Shown here piece by piece: positions 1 through 12,864 of a stretch of DNA of 64,000 nucleotides; positions within the stretch are counted from its first letter, which is position 1, and each line of letters starts with the position of its first letter. Source of the stretch: Hydrolagus affinis (Eukaryota); contig JAAILG010000887.1 in the NCBI GenBank assembly GCA_012026655.1, forward strand, positions 1-64,000. The letters are read 5' to 3'. Under the pieces are notes generated by a model, which saw only the letters and a program-made list of their open reading frames with translations, searched no databases and was not told the DNA's origin. The translations under genes were made by a program, and so were the position numbers.

Positions 1-79
1 GTGTGTGTATTTTGAGGACGGGGAAATGTATTGGTGCTGGTTCAAAATTCTCAGAGACTTCAGTTTCACTGTGAGTTGT

Positions 80-156
80 GACTGTGCCTTTCAGCGCCTT
101 GGGACGTCCTCCCGACGTGAAAGGCGCTCTACACATGTAATTTTCTTGTTGTTGTC
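80..156 (+). mobile_element. L2 LINE 3' tail fragment
   Basis: cagcgccttgggacgtcctcccgacgtgaaaggcgct stem-loop followed by (TTG)n. Confidence 0.75.
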
Positions 157-350
157 TTCAGTCAACATGCTCAAACTATTTCGCATTGTTGGAATCTGGT
201 TCTTTATCAGGGCAAAACTGATGTCAACAGGATTATCAAAACATCCTGTTCGAGATAATGTACAACACACTAGAAAAATCTTTACGAAATCTTTGCCTCA
301 TCTTTACATAAAATGTTATTGAGATCAACGTTTGTGGAAGATCTGATTTA

Positions 351-611
351 GGGCAGGACAGGGCAAAAACCTGTGCAAGTTTCCTTACTCCACATGGCTA
401 ATAATAATCCGTCCCCAAAAACAACCACATTAATAAAATTGGTCATTTCAATTCATGACTGTGTGTGGGACGCTGCTGTGTGCAATTGGCTGCCGAGTTT
501 CGCCCACAAATATACAGTCAATTCACTTTACAGTATATTCTGTGAAGCGCTTTGAGAAGTCCAGAGGACGTGAAAAGCGCTATATCAAATGCAAGGATTA
601 TTATTATTATT
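351..611 (+). mobile_element. tRNA-derived SINE, 5'-truncated
   Basis: Family body plus aagcgcttt...aaagcgct stem-loop and (ATT)n tail. Confidence 0.85.
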
Positions 612-1212
612 GATATTTTCCTAAGGAAATGAGTCAAATAATCCTTTCAATTGATACATTTAAAGTGTATTGTATTTCGCATCTTTAACTGCCTCCTACC
701 TCACCTTCGGCTCCGAGTCTCATCTAAAGTCATCTAACATTGCCTCAAAAGTTTCTGTGAATTTATTCAATAATTTAACTGACTGCCTGAGGTAGGAGGT
801 GACCTTGGGTCGTTTGATTGAAGTTCAGCTGGGACAAGTAGAAGGCAGCTGGTTGCATTGGAAGCTGCAGGCAAAGAAGACAGATCAATATTGTGGAACT
901 CCTGTTCGTAACTTTTTTTTTTTTAGCACTTTAAGGATGTTTTAAAGATAGTTTTCTGTGGTAGAAGAGGAAAGTTGGATGTTGAATGACCTTGACTTAC
1001 TCCGTGCCTTGCTAAGTCGGGTATTTTTTTTTGGGCGAATCGCATTTTAACGCTGAACATGTTGTATTAAAATTTAATGCATTAAAAACTATTAGTGCAG
1101 TTAATGGCGTCTGTGTATTCTGCTGCACGTTCGGAATAATCTTAGCTGTCACATTTTCAAGTTTTAATTTGTGACTTATTCAAAGAATAATGTCAGCGAC
1201 AGTATTGGGAGA

Positions 1213-1436
1213 AAAAAACACACAAAATACGACAGATGTTGGGAATCTGAAACAAAAACAAAAGTTGCTGGGGAAACTCAGCAGGTCAAGCGGCATCCAT
1301 GGAGAAAGGAAAAGGAGTCAACGTTTCGGGTCTACAACCCTTCGTCAGGACAAAGACCTGAAACGTTGACCCCTTTTCTTTTCTCCATGGATGCTGCTTG
1401 ACCTGCTGAGTTTCCCCAGCAACTTTTGTTTTTGTT
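1213..1436. mobile_element. Palindromic non-autonomous Penelope-like (pLTR-derived) element with 14-bp TSD
   Basis: 83-bp inverted arms (1251-1333 / 1354-1436, 4 mismatches), flanked by the direct repeat ACAGTATTGGGAGA at 1199-1212 and 1437-1450. A hammerhead core lies in the centre. Confidence 0.8.
1317..1351 (-). ncRNA. Minimal type I hammerhead ribozyme motif (Penelope-type)
   Basis: Minus strand: GTC-CTGACGA-A-GGGT tgtag ACCC-GAAAC GTT-GAC. It has both catalytic boxes, stem I GTC/GAC, stem II GGGT/ACCC, and palindromic AACGTT in place of stem III. Confidence 0.65.
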
Positions 1437-3102
1437 ACAGTATTGGGAGAGACTGTTCAGTCCATTGAACCAACATGAAACTTGGTTCCTCCACTGAACT
1501 AATAGCTCTGACCCCATGCCCCACTCTTTCCCCTGTACACTTTATCATTTGCACATAGTATTACATAGAATGTCCGATAGAGATCCGAGCTGGTGCAAAC
1601 GCCACACCCAGGCCTCCACACCTCGGAATCCCCATCTCCCACACTCATTATTCCCTTCTCCCTCAAGTCCACACCAACTTTCCTTATTTCTATGTTTATT
1701 CCGGCCGTACCTTATTCCAAGGTAATATGGAGACACACAAACCATGATAGGGGAAGTGTTTCATGCACATTGACTACTGACCCTATAGTTTGAAATACCT
1801 GCTGCGTTGAATGTAATGGGAAATCTGGATTCCCTCCCACCAGTAACTTTGATGTCCGGTTACCCACACAGAAATACTCAATTTTCTGTCTTATTAAACA
1901 CAACAAGAACGACAACAAAATTACAAACACCAATTGAAGATACAATCGGGAGGCCGAGCCATGAATATTCCACAGGACGCTGTGAATATTCGTGCGTATT
2001 GAAGTTTTCTGCTGGGCAGAAGTGGGACTCCAGCAAGGAGAGCGTTTGAAGCAAACTACAGGGCTTGAAGTGCCAGGCAAAGCCAGTGCTTCTCCGCAGA
2101 TATATAAATAAGAAGGGTTGGGCATGTATCCTTTGTGCTGCATGCAAATAAGTTGCTGCTTCCTGATTTGTGCAGAAAAGTCACCACAGGAATCTAATGG
2201 TGCTTTGCCTCCATAATTGCCATTTGTGGTACTTGAATTCAAGATGAATGTTATATTGCATTAGCCTCATTGGCTTATGTAAATTATACCTAATTAACTA
2301 TTTATGCATTCCCTCTTTTCAACACAACCGGCATATATCCTTCAAGAAAGGATTTGCACAAAGGCGGTTTGTATTTAAATTGTGAAGTCAATTTCCTATC
2401 CAATATTAAGCCTTATTAACAATTCAGTAGCCTGTCTCCATCAAGGAAGGGTGAGTTACCCCCAATATTGTGCGAAGACAGAAGACGCAACTATGAAGCG
2501 ATCTATAAAACCACTGAAATATATTTGTTTGTCGCTTTGGTTTTGTTCCATTGTTTATTAACCCTTGTTGCCCGACTATTTCGCTGTCAAAACCTCCGTC
2601 AGCCAAAGGCTACTCTCTACTTTTTTTTTGGGGGGTGGGGGGGGGGTGGGGAGGGAAAGCAAACAGAAGACATCAACATGGAGTCAGTCGAAAGCACCAT
2701 GTGTCCTCTGATCACAGGGTTTGTGATGGAAACTTCAGTTCCTCCTTGTTCTCCTGTGCTGAATAATGTAGTTGGCTCAACGAGAGGTTCGCATTTTGAA
2801 TTGCTGGCAGCACTCTCCACGCTGGCAACCAGTTTGCTCAGTTGCAGAACACAACCGCAATCAGGAAGGCTCGCAGGCCCTCTGTTAAATGTCGCTGATA
2901 TACAGTACCGTCTGGTAGTAAATCATTGAAATTCATGTCCTTGAATATCACCGGCATCAATAACACTTGCACTGGGTAGCTGGGCAACAATTATTTCTTA
3001 CCCGTTTGGCATCTCAGATGATGGAAGAGGATATGTTGCGGACACGGCTTATAGGAAAAAGGAGAGACCGAGTTTCGCCTCAGTGGGCCAGTGAAAGTTG
3101 CA

Positions 3103-3355
3103 GCCTTCAGCCCCTCTGGCCCCCACAACCTTTGGAACTCCATCTTGCAGACCCTCCGCCTCGCTCCCCCACCCCCTACCACACTCCCCGGCTTCCTTCA
3201 AGTCTCACCTCAAGACTCTCCTCTTCGATGGACCCATCGACAATTCCTAATTCCACCCCCCCCACGCCACACCCAGAAGTAGTGACTGTCCAGCACCTTG
3301 GGACGTCCTCCTGACGTGAAAGGCGCTATACAAGTGTCATTTTGTTGTTGTTGTT
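3103..3355 (+). mobile_element. L2 LINE 3' end
   Basis: Decayed 'AFS..AP.LWNS.P...FKS.LKT.LF' C-terminus, then stem-loop and (TTG)n. Confidence 0.8.
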
Positions 3356-4034
3356 TATGGAGGTCACTTTGTACCACTCTGCCTGACTGTGAGGAATATC
3401 TGCTGCAAGTAATACAACATGGAAAGAGTTAAAGAGAGAGAGAAAGAGAGAGAGAGAAGGCAACTTTACTCAATTTATTTCTAATGTCCTGTTGCCGTAT
3501 TAAATGTTCTGGTTTATTAACCGGGCGCAGAGTTAATTGGTTGGAATGTTCTTTAGAGAGTTTCACTGATAAACTGTGAAGTCAGTGCAGTAACAGATTG
3601 CGCTCCCCAGAGTAGCTTTTCCCAGCAACTCATTGCTGGCGTTTTGCTTTGGAAGTTAGTTGTTAGCATTTACATTCAGCGAAGTTAGTAAGAAAGTATG
3701 TCAGTAAACAGGCAGGTACGTCAGAAACAGGTTTCCAATCGCTTAAGGATCCGATAGTAATACAGTTTGAAGATAGGCGTATGATTCCTCGAGTGCTGGC
3801 AAAGAAAAGGTTTGCATCCGAATATAAAGAGAATTGAGCGTCTCGATGTACACATACATCACGCAGGACTTTCAAAGCTAAACGCAATCACAGAAGAAAG
3901 TCAGTAATAATCTGTGTCTTTCACAGATGTGAGTCTCAAGGTACTGTAGTCACAGAAGCCAAGCTCCATTGTGAGCTACTTGGAGTTCAGCAAAGGTTAT
4001 CCTCTCAGTATAAATTCACCGTAGATTACCTTGT

Positions 4035-4372
4035 GGAATCCTGTAGCTCAGGGGTGAGAGCACTTGCCTTACAAGCGTGAGACCTGTGTTAGAATCAAGG
4101 CAGGTCAGGACGAAACCTTGGGCAAGTTTACTTACTCCACACACACACACACGCCTAATAATAATCCCTCTAAAAAAAACACAATAATAAAATCGGTCAT
4201 TTCAATCCACGACTATTTGTGGGGGACGCTGCTGTGCGCAATCAGCTGCTGTGTGTTCGCCCACAAATATACAGTCAATTCACTTTACAGTATATTCTGT
4301 GAAATGCTTTGGGACGTGTAGATGACGTGATAAGGCGCCATATCAAATGCAAGGATTATTATTATTATTATT
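4035..4372 (+). mobile_element. tRNA-derived SINE, full length
   Basis: A-box-like tagctcag, cttacaa loop, body, stem-loop and (ATT)n tail. Confidence 0.9.
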
Positions 4373-5067
4373 AATAATAATGTTTGGAAGGTTCGACAAA
4401 TGGCAGTTTATTGAAGTCTTACAATGATACGTACAATGCCAGCCACCAAAAGCAACCGAAGACCAAGCTGGACAAGGGCAAAATAAACCTGGTTGGATAA
4501 TAGGAGATGGGAAGCCTCCATTAGCGATATCTGGGACCCAGTGCCGCTGCAAGTCTAATTAAAGGTTGCATTTTATGAACAGTACTAATACGGTAATGCA
4601 TAATACTGGCTTAAATAACCTTGTCTTAATTTACTACCACAAAAGCAGTAACTGTCTGCATAAAATACATGCGCGCTATAGCTTTGTGTGTCTCGCTGCA
4701 TTACTGACTGCTGAGCACATGCTAAGCCTCACGCACTAATAGCTGGGTTGCTATGGGAACTCATTTTTATGAGTTTCCGAGCTAAGGAGAGCTACTTTAT
4801 TAAAAAAAAGAGAGAGCAAGGACCTCTCGATCGTCATCAAGTCAAACTTTTATTGTGTTTGAAAAGTTTTGCGAGACACTTGCTTTCTGGTTGATCGACA
4901 ATCAGCCACAAGGGTTCGCAAAGTGGCTGTCCTCACTTACTCCGCCTCGAGAACAATCATTGCATTTGACAATCACCTCCCGTGTATTTTGCGGCCCAAA
5001 ACAGTCTCGTCCGCCACAAAGCACACCGTTTAACTTTTCGCCTTTTATCCTTTTTCACTTTGATGGT

Positions 5068-5373
5068 GGAGCCTGTCGCTCATAAGCGAGAGAGATCTGG
5101 GTTCGATTCCCGGCAAGGCCAAACCTTGGGCAGGGTTTCCTCACTCCACACGCCTGATAATAATAAAGGAAGGAAAAAAACGACAATAATAAATTGGTCA
5201 TTTCAATCCACGGCTGTTTGTGGGGGAACGCTGCTGTGCGCAATTGGCTGCCGCGTTTCGCCCACAAAGATACAATCAATTCACTTTGCAGTATGTTCTG
5301 TGAAGTGATTTTGAGACGTCTAGAAGACGTGAAAAGCGCTGCGTAAAAATGCAAGGATTATTATTGTTATTAT
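5068..5373 (+). mobile_element. tRNA-derived SINE
   Basis: B box ggttcgattcc, family body and tail. Confidence 0.85.
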
Positions 5374-5641
5374 CGTGCCTTATTCGCAGCTGCACACTTT
5401 TTAAATTCAGGAGCTACTTCTTTCAAAAGAAGTGGCTCAATTTTTTAAACAAAATATGAAGAGTTACATTTCACTGACAACTTTAAATGTCTAAGAATAT
5501 TCCTTTACCTTAAGTTGAATTGATTTCACTTCTTCCTCTTAAAAACAAGGTGTCAGAAGATTGCTATTGCATTGTCTCTCACTGGGTATTTGCAAAGATT
5601 AGTTGCTAATTTGGTTTAACACAGCCAGTTTCCCAACTAAT

Positions 5642-5741
5642 NNNNNNNNNNNNNNNNNNNNNNNNNNNNNNNNNNNNNNNNNNNNNNNNNNNNNNNNNNN
5701 NNNNNNNNNNNNNNNNNNNNNNNNNNNNNNNNNNNNNNNNN
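5642..5741. other. Assembly gap (100 N)
   Basis: Run of N. Confidence 1.
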
Positions 5742-5912
5742 CCCCCCCTCCCCTCCCACCCACTCCACCCCCAACCCCCCCACCCACCCCATGTCAACTC
5801 CTGAGCTCATGTGAAGCTTAGCCTCGCATTGCTATTAGCTGTGTCGCCATGGAAACCTCCCTTTTAAGTGTTGTGAACAGAACTACTTTTTTTTTGGAAA
5901 GAGAGGTCCAAA

Positions 5913-6237
5913 GATAATAATAATAATCCTTGCATTTGATATAGCGCTTTTCACATCTTATGTCTCAAAGCGCTTGACAGAATATACTGCAAAGTGAATT
6001 GACTGTATATTTGTGGGCGAAACACGCACAGCAGTGTCCCCACAAACAGTTTGTGGATTGAGGGAGAGGGGCAGGGTAGTGGCGGGAGAGAGTTGGGAGG
6101 GCTGCAGAAGGCACGATCGAAAACAAGGGTCTTGAGACCGGCTTTCGGAGGGGGCGAGGGAGGGAGGGAGCGAGGTGAAGGGACTGCGGGATGGAGTTCC
6201 AGAGTTTGGGGGCAGAGAGTGTTTGAAAGCCTGTCAT
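5913..6237 (-). mobile_element. L2 3' body (6061-6237) joined to a SINE 3' half (5913-6060)
   Basis: Minus-strand ORF reads APKLWNSIPQSLHLAPSL, followed by the SINE body and (ATT)n tail in the same orientation. Confidence 0.75.
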
Positions 6238-7174
6238 GGTAGGGCAGGTCGAGCGAACTTAGTACTGCTTTCGCAACTGGTCACTTGGACTGTTTGAGGG
6301 ACACTGCTGTGCAGTACAATTGGATGCCACGTTTCGTCCACGAAATACAAAGTCAGTTCATTTTACAGGACATTCTGTGAAGCGCTTTGAGACGTCTCAA
6401 AATCCTGGTAAGGCGCGATATTCAAAATGCAAGGCTGATTATTACTATAATTATTATTTTAGTCGGTGTTCAGGTCTTCAGATGGGAGTGCTTTCGTGCA
6501 GAGAAATTTCCTCTGCAGAGAGAGGGAGCCATTTAATGCTTCATATCCACAACATGTTTCTAAAACCATTCCATTGAAGAAAAAATTCCTTATCCATTTC
6601 CTGCTCATCTTGAACAGTAAAGCCGCTTGCTAATTATATTATGTAACGCCATCAATGCAACTATAGCGGTTTGGGTGGGGGGCAAATGCTACAATTCTAA
6701 TGTGTATTGAACTGGGCAGATGGTCGTTTTTTTTTAATGGTCCTGCACATTTCTTTGTTCCTGTAAAAATACCCGTGGTTTTTAACGATCATCTTTAACC
6801 AACTCGTACTTCCAGAAACAAAATGTCCTTATTATAAAACCTCACGAGCAGCAGTCCCCTTTCCTCGTCTTGTTTACCAGCAGTTTGTAAACGGACTGCA
6901 GAGCCAGAGAGAATCTGTGGCCTCGGCTGAAATTTTTTAACAGCCCTTAAAAGCCTCCGTAGCTCAGCTACCTCGTGGCATTGGACCTGGAGTGCAATCA
7001 TTTCCCCGATTTGAAAAAAAGAAAACGCAATTCTTTCCAGGACAGCTTGGGTTTGGAACAGGGAGCTGTGGAGTGCAGTCCAGTCTTGTATGACAATTTG
7101 CTTGTGTTAATTGAATGGATACTCTGCCAGAGCTAGATTTGGGTGAGGATTCCATCAATAATTGAATGGTCACT

Positions 7175-7434
7175 GTGGAACTCCATCCCGCAGCCCCTCC
7201 ACCTCGCTTCCTCCCTTTCCTCCTTCAAGGCCGGTCTCAAGACCTTCCTCTTCGATCGTGCCTTCGGCTGCCCCACTAACTCTTCCCCCTCTCCCACTCT
7301 CCTTCCCCCTACCCCGACCCTCCCCCCCCTGCCCGCCCCCAGCTTGGGTCCCGACCTGACTGTTCAGCGCTTTGGGACGTCCTCCCGACGTGAAAGGCGC
7401 TATATAAGTGTAATTTTATTGTTGTTGTTGTTGT
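7175..7434 (+). mobile_element. L2 LINE 3' end
   Basis: LWNSIPQPLHLASSLSSFKAGLKTFLFDRAF peptide, stem-loop and (TTG)n. Confidence 0.9.
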
Positions 7435-10329
7435 CTTCTTAGCGACTGGATAAGGACATACCTGCAGTTCGTGTTGCAGCTGTAAATGTTTACGTTCGGC
7501 AACGAGTTGCCAAACCCCCTCCTGCCCCGGAAACGCCACATGAATCGGGGGAAGATGATGCTTTCTGCAAAATTATCACTGCAGAATCACCATCTTCCTG
7601 TATTTAAGTTGAACGTATTTTTGGAATAAAGCGCTAGTTATTTTCAGGAACGATCTTTCCCGCCCCATAAAAAATGTATTAGTACTTATCTCAATTCCTC
7701 CCACTGACCACTCGAACCAACGGCACCTTTGCAATAGGTAAGAAAATGAGAATGATATGAGATCCGATTGTGTGTCTGACACATGTGGAAACCCCATCAC
7801 CATGCTTGAGTGCCCAAGCCACAGAAAGTACCTCAAGTCATATGGGGAACCCAGTTTGGCAGAGTTAACAGGAGCTCAATGGGAAGGATCTCTGCTCCCA
7901 GCGACCATTCCTACCTACAGATAAACTAGGCTCGCTGGTCTGTTATCAGCTGTGCCCTGAAGTACTACGGACCCGCCTGGCTCAGGAACCGGACTACCAA
8001 GCCCGCCACAGAGGATCGGCTTGATTCCGACATACCATAGCCAAGTGGGCCAACTCAACTCCAAGGAGACCCCACTTATCTCTGCCACATCCCCAGCCCC
8101 CACCACCCACCTCCTCTCCCTGAAGCTGGTTGAAGGTAACCAGTTGACATACAGATCAAGAGGAAGAGTTTGGGACTCAATGGAGGGATTTCTTTCATCG
8201 TTTCAACAGTGATTGGAGCAAAACGTATTCCTGAAAATTTCCTTTTCATCATTTCCTTCTCCCCCTTGTCCCCATTTCCTTCCTTTTTCCCCCCCCAACG
8301 TCTACATTGAGCAACGCCGTAAAAAAGCTCGTGAAAGTTGCACTGGATTTTTTGGGCGAAGCTGTTGACACCTGGTTCACATTTCAAACAAAACGCTTGT
8401 GCCTTGAAATGCCCTTTTTATTCTGAACTTGTTTTCATCCATTGTTTGTGGACACTTGCCACGGGAGCAGTGTGGATATCGTGGCGTTTTCAAAATTCTA
8501 AGTGGAACAATTCAACCCCTGGAGGAGTTGGATCTAACACAATGCATTATGTAAAACTCTGAAGTGTTTGGATTTTGAATCACTGAGCACAAAGGACATT
8601 GGTAGGGCTTATAGGGACTGATAGACTTTCAAAAGCAGGTCATTGGACACTTCAGGGTAAGTTAGTGTTTACTTGCGGACCTGCGTCTCATATGAAGGGA
8701 CCCTCTGTGGGGGGAGTGTGCATTCCCATCCCTACACGCATCTCACGTATCGGGATCTCGGCTCGGTCTAGATACTCTTAAGCGCGGTGATGTGTTTACG
8801 TGTGCGTCAAGAGACTGAGCTGATGCAATAAAAAGGGTTGCAGAAAGCAACCGAGTATCTGAAGAGCTTCGGAAAGTTCTGGTGAAGGCTCGTAAATTTG
8901 AAAAAAGACGAACTGCGCAGGAACCAACCTAACTTAACGCAACACACGAGTGGCAAACAAATGCTTGTTATTATTCATCAATCATGAAAAAAGGCACAGG
9001 CACGTTTAAGGTCACAAAAGACCTTAATATAGAGGTGGCTTTTAAACCACATCTGTGACCAACAGAGAGTGATTGGCAGTGCTTTTGGGACGCGAGGTTC
9101 GCTTGAAGTGAAACAAAACCCAACGAAAGCTTTTCTCCATTTGTCCTCTCCCAAGCATCATTTTGTTTCTCGCTAACGTGGTGGGGTGCTGGGTGGGGAG
9201 GTGAGATCAATAGTTGCCTCTCTACTGCCTAAATGGTTGATTAACTAACCCAGAACGATCGATGATTGGAACCGGGGTGGTGGGGGTTGGGGGGGGGAAC
9301 CTTGCAACACTGTACAATTTAACGACTCGTCAGGATAAATTTGTCATATCCTTTGGCCAAGGTGAATGTTTCAAGATGCGTTGGAACGAGACGGCGAAAT
9401 CCCAAAGAATAGTCATCCATAATTTAAATAATATTTGATGAAGGCATAGATCAGAGTCGAAGGGCAACACCAAACAAGACGATGATCAAAGAGCAATATC
9501 TCAGCACACTGGAGGCCCTCATTAATGGACAGCCAGACTAGCAATTATTGCCGAGGCGTGGTAATGACCACGATCAAACAGGAGCAATCAGCAGAGTAGG
9601 GGCAACAAAGCTCGCACTGTACAGTACATCGAGAGCTGTGCTTTCCCTGCAAGAATTTGTGCCGATTGAAGGCAGACGTTGACTTTGCATTTGAAAGGTA
9701 GTTGTGGTTTTAAGTTACTCAGAGCACCGTACTTTCGAGTTCCAGGGGTTCAGCTGCAGACAGATTGGATAAAAGTCTCGTCAGCTTGATACAGCCATAA
9801 GGTCAGAACTCCAGATGAGTTTGGCCAGTAATAATCCACTTCACCTAGGAGTCGGAAACCACGGCAAAAAGTAAAATAAAATAACTGCCTTCAAATTGAA
9901 GCACTTGAAAGAGGTTCGGCAAGAGAAAATAAACCCACTGAGAAAATTGTTAAGGAGAACTCTGTCAATTGGAAAATTAATGTAGAATTTTGTGATTCAA
10001 AAGCAACATGATACAATAACGATCCTCACATTCGATGCAGCGCTTTATCACGTCTTTGAGATGTCTCAAAGCGCTTCACAGAATACCCTGTAAAATGAAT
10101 TGACTGTATTTTGCGGGTGAAACACGGCAGCCAATTGAGCACAGCAGAGTCGCGGAGTGAATGCCTAAATTACTGTTCATTTTATTTTGTTACTGGGAAA
10201 TAATATATCCTCACCAATTCCACCAAAACCCCTTTAATACTATAACTTCCATTTTATATAGCACCTTTCTCACCAGAAGGATGTCTTAAAGTGCTTTACG
10301 GGATTTACTCTTAGATAAATCGTATCATA

Positions 10330-10670
10330 TAGCTCAGTGGTTAGAGCACTGCCTCACAAGCGAAAAGCCTGGGTTTGATTCCCGATCAGGGCGAAACCTT
10401 GGTTTCCTTACTTCACACACCTGATAATAATTCAAGACAAAAAAAAAGAGTCACTTCAATCCACGACTATTTGTGGGGACACTGCTGTGCGCAAATGGCT
10501 GCCGCCCACAAATATACACTCACTTTACAGTATATTTCCGACCCCCAACTGTTCAGCGCCTTGGGACGTGAAAAGGCGCTCTATAAATGTAATTTTTGTC
10601 GTTGTTGCATTCTGTGAAGCGCTTTGAGGAGACGTGAAGGGCGATACATCAAACGCAAGTGTCATCATCA
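10330..10670 (+). mobile_element. SINE with a nested L2 tail (~10538-10608)
   Basis: tagctcagtggttagagc head; the SINE segment cagtatattctgtgaagc is split by an L2 stem-loop/(TTG)n. Confidence 0.75.
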
Positions 10671-11418
10671 TTTCTTTGTAGGCCAACACAACCAGGTTTT
10701 AAACAAAGATTTGCCTTTCGGTTTTACGTGCTCACTCATAGCTTTATTAATATTATTATTATTATCATCATCATTATGGGAAGAGCAAAGTGAAAGATAT
10801 CTTGGTGAGGTGGGAGAATGACAATTTAGTGATAATGCAGAGTTGATTGTTCTGTTCATAAAAGAATAGGCCTCGGGTCAAAATGTTGAGTGACGCAGAG
10901 ACACTGAAGGAATTTGCTTTGACAGTGTCTAATCTATCAGAGTTATCAGTAAAGTAGAACCGCATGTGAAAGCCTAATTCTCGGGCAGTGGCTTAATACC
11001 CGAGCCGCCACTGTCTTTGGGCAGTATGATTCATCTCTTGCTTATGAATATTTTGCTTGTATCTGTCGGCAGGGGCTGCACAAAAAAACAACATGGGGGT
11101 GGGGGGAATAAAAGAATAGGTTCGTCAGACACATCAGGCGCGAAACAATGCGAGCTGATGAATTCTACGAGGTTGCTGCTTGGAATGAGAAAACGGCTGT
11201 AGGAAATGTGGTTGCTCAGGCAATTAAAAGCACACACTGCACGGGAGTACACCAGAACGCTGCATATTTACAGTTTCCATTCGCCAGGCTCCAAGCTGCA
11301 ATGCAACCGGAACCTCTGCTTCTCTCGGTAGTTATCGAGGAGTCAAGTTCTTTCGAGTCGAAACCCGTATGGCAGTCTCGATACGGTCTGGTTCCCGAGT
11401 CAGGCAGGTTCTCCAAGG

Positions 11419-11752
11419 TAATAATAATAATAATTACAATCCTTGCATTTGATGCAGCGCTTTTCACATCTTATCCACGTCTCAAAGCGCTTCACAGAAT
11501 ATACTGTAAAGTGAATTGACTGTATATTTGTGGGCGAAATGCGGCAGCCAATTGCGCACAGCAGCGTCCCCCACAAACAGTCGTGGATAGAAAATGACCA
11601 ATTTTTATGATTGTGATTTTTTTTGGACAGATTATTATCAGGCGTGTGTGTGTGGAGTGAGGAAACTTACCCAAGATTTCACTCTGATCCACCTGGATTC
11701 AAACACAGGTCTCAAGCTTGTAAGGTGAGTCTTTAACCACTGAGCTACAGGA
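11419..11752 (-). mobile_element. tRNA-derived SINE, full length
   Basis: Reverse complement of the family sequence from head to (ATT)n. Confidence 0.9.
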
Positions 11753-12560
11753 GATAATTGTTGATGATGAACCAGGCAGCCTGGGCTTCTTAGCAAGAGT
11801 TAGCAAGACTCAGAGGAGAGCGTCAACACTCTACACCAAGCAAATGGAAACCAGACTCACGTAGAGCTCCAGTTAGTTTGGTTTCGAGACTCTTAAGCAC
11901 CAGTGATGGTATTTCACACATGTCAGATCCCTCTCTGTCACAAAAAAACATATGTGATCCATCTGACGTAGCATGGGGCCTTCTGCATTTATAAAACAGA
12001 CAATGTTGTTCACTGAAAGCAATTGCTTTCACAAATAGCAAGGTTGCAGGACACCTGTGTATGGAAAATTTTCAACCTCTTTCAGATATTCTCCTTTATT
12101 TGTATTCAGTGCCTAAGCGAGTTTAAAGAAACCTTCATCTTTTGCACTATCAGCAACTGCCAGCGCTCCTTCTCCCCCCCTCTCTCTCTCTGTGTCTTTG
12201 CTAGCTAGTTCAATAAGACTGTGATGTTCGAAATATGCTCTGATATTACAGTGAGAAAGATACTTTGCTTTAATATTAACGGCTTAGAGCTAAAATAAAC
12301 AATTCAACAAATGGAAATAATTCATAAGTGTTTCACTTCTTGCTCGCCTTAGCCTTCCCTGTTCCCCTTTAAGTCAAGCACTACCGGTGACAACATTGGG
12401 AAGTGTCCTGTGAGACAACCTCATTAACACACACAATTCAATTTTCAAGATCCCTGGCATCCCACTGGATTAATGACTAAATCTTTATTGAGCTGCTTTA
12501 CGTGGTCAGATTTAACCTCCCCTCTCAGCCCCGTTATACTAATCATGTCGGCATTCATTT

Positions 12561-12864
12561 CTTACAAGCATGAGGCCTGTGTTTCGAATCCAGGCGGGTC
12601 AGGGCGAAACCTTGGGCAAGTTTCCTTACTCCACACACACGCGCCTAATAATAATCCCTCCAAAACAACCCACAATAATAAAAATTGCTCATGTCAATCC
12701 ACGACTGTTTGTGGGGACGCTGCTGTGCGCAATTGGCTGCCGCGTTTCGCCCACAAATATACAGTCAATTCAGTTTACAGTATATTCTGTGAAGCGCTTT
12801 GAGACGTCGATAAGATGTGAAAAGCGCTATATCAAATGCAAGGATTATTATTATTATTATTATT
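12561..12864 (+). mobile_element. tRNA-derived SINE, slightly 5'-truncated
   Basis: cttacaagc...ttcgaatcc...body...(ATT)n. Confidence 0.9.

Noticed and set aside
1712-2929. 176-aa and 153-aa ORFs
   Set aside because: No recognisable domain or splice context; one runs through poly-T/poly-G tracts.
5599-5821. ORFs spanning the N run
   Set aside because: Artefacts of the assembly gap.
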